From Mytilus californianus (taxonomy: Eukaryota), in contig NW_026262593.1 in NCBI RefSeq assembly GCF_021869535.1, positions 13,268,001 to 13,332,000 of the forward strand: a stretch of 64,000 nucleotides of DNA. Direction: 5' to 3'. Made by a program: the position numbers and the translations under genes. Shown piece after piece: positions 63,062 through 64,000 of the stretch. Under the pieces are notes generated by a model. That model saw nothing but the letters and a program-made list of their open reading frames with translations. It searched no databases and was not told the origin of the DNA. Each line of letters opens with the position of its first letter. Positions within the stretch are counted from its first letter, which is position 1.

Positions 63062-64000
63062 TAGATTTTGCTTGAAAAAATTACGTCATAATTGAATTTA
63101 GACCAATGAAGAACTGAGATCAAACAAACCACAAGTTGATTTAGTAAAAATAATCAACAGGTCAGGAAAATGATAAATATGGCAAAAATTAGAGAAATAT
63201 GGTTAAAGCATGACTAAGTCAAAGAACAATGAGTTATCTTCATTGTGAATTAAAGTTAGAAGAACAATGAGTTATCTCCCTTCTTTGACACATGATATAA
63301 AAGCAGGAAAAATGAGAGCAAAATAATTGAGTTATCTTTCTTCCTTGAAAATAATTGAGCAAGTTACAAACAAGCAAAAGATTGAGAAAGCTCTTTGTTT
63401 ACAAAGCTGTAATTTGTTTCAAACTCAGATTGTTTCCATTTATACTATAATCCTGTGTATCATTGTACTATATCATTTTGTATCATTTGTACTATCATAT
63501 TCTATCAAATTAGATTAAACATTTTTATCAAATTTAACATTGATGACAAAGTAGGCAAAATATTTGCCTGTTAAAAGGGGAACATCTCATAAAAAGGCCC
63601 TATTATTTAAAGAATGACAAGAATGTAAAGCAATTCTTAAGATTTTTGGGTTCATTTAAGAGCCAATCTGCCAGAAAACCATGCAAAACCGTCCGAATGT
63701 CACTTTTTCCAAATGAGTTCATATTTGGCATATTGGTGCACCTTAGTAATGTAAATAACCACACAAATTTTTTTGGGAAAATATTAAATCGATCTGGATA
63801 TTTTTGAGCGCCATGTTTTAACAGATGAAATTGCTCGAAAACAGCAACAAGAGTGCACACGCTGAAATGTCTCGCCTTCTTTACTAATCATTGATATTAT
63901 GTTGATAGTCCTAAATATAAAGCTTTATTACAACTGTCACATAAACTTAACATTAACCAAGTAAACTAAACATTGACCAATGAACCATGAAAATGAGGTC

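Noticed and set aside
63603-63860. 85-aa minus-strand ORF as an upstream NOC2L exon
   Set aside because: It shows no recognisable Noc2 similarity and overlaps repeat-like sequence at the window end.

Overview
This is AT-rich eukaryotic genomic DNA. The repeat landscape and gene content point to a bivalve mollusc, most likely a Mytilus mussel (inference). Supported genes: (1) the last six coding exons of NOC2L on the minus strand (48383-60950); (2) an intronless B-box + beta-propeller TRIM-like gene nested antisense in a NOC2L intron (57249-58481); (3) a two-exon, largely disordered 626-aa orphan gene (27254-30635); (4) a small TSP1-like type I membrane protein locus with two paralogous 301-nt signal-peptide first exons ahead of one shared TM exon and one tail exon (19007-23742). 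Mobile DNA dominates the rest: a decayed ~6.6 kb Academ-like transposon (DDE-like plus XPG/FEN-like domains), an RTE-X-like LINE whose ORF2 has a single premature stop, several Penelope RT fragments, MITEs and dispersed repeats. The most striking structure lies in the 8.2 kb NOC2L intron: a 2.75-copy tandem array of 350-bp retrozyme units, each with a type I hammerhead ribozyme. Its 3' end joins degenerate (CCCTAA)n repeats, and the whole block sits between two oppositely oriented arms of a 33-bp minisatellite. Hammerhead motifs of three different families occur across the window. All calls come from reading the sequence by eye; no database searches were run.
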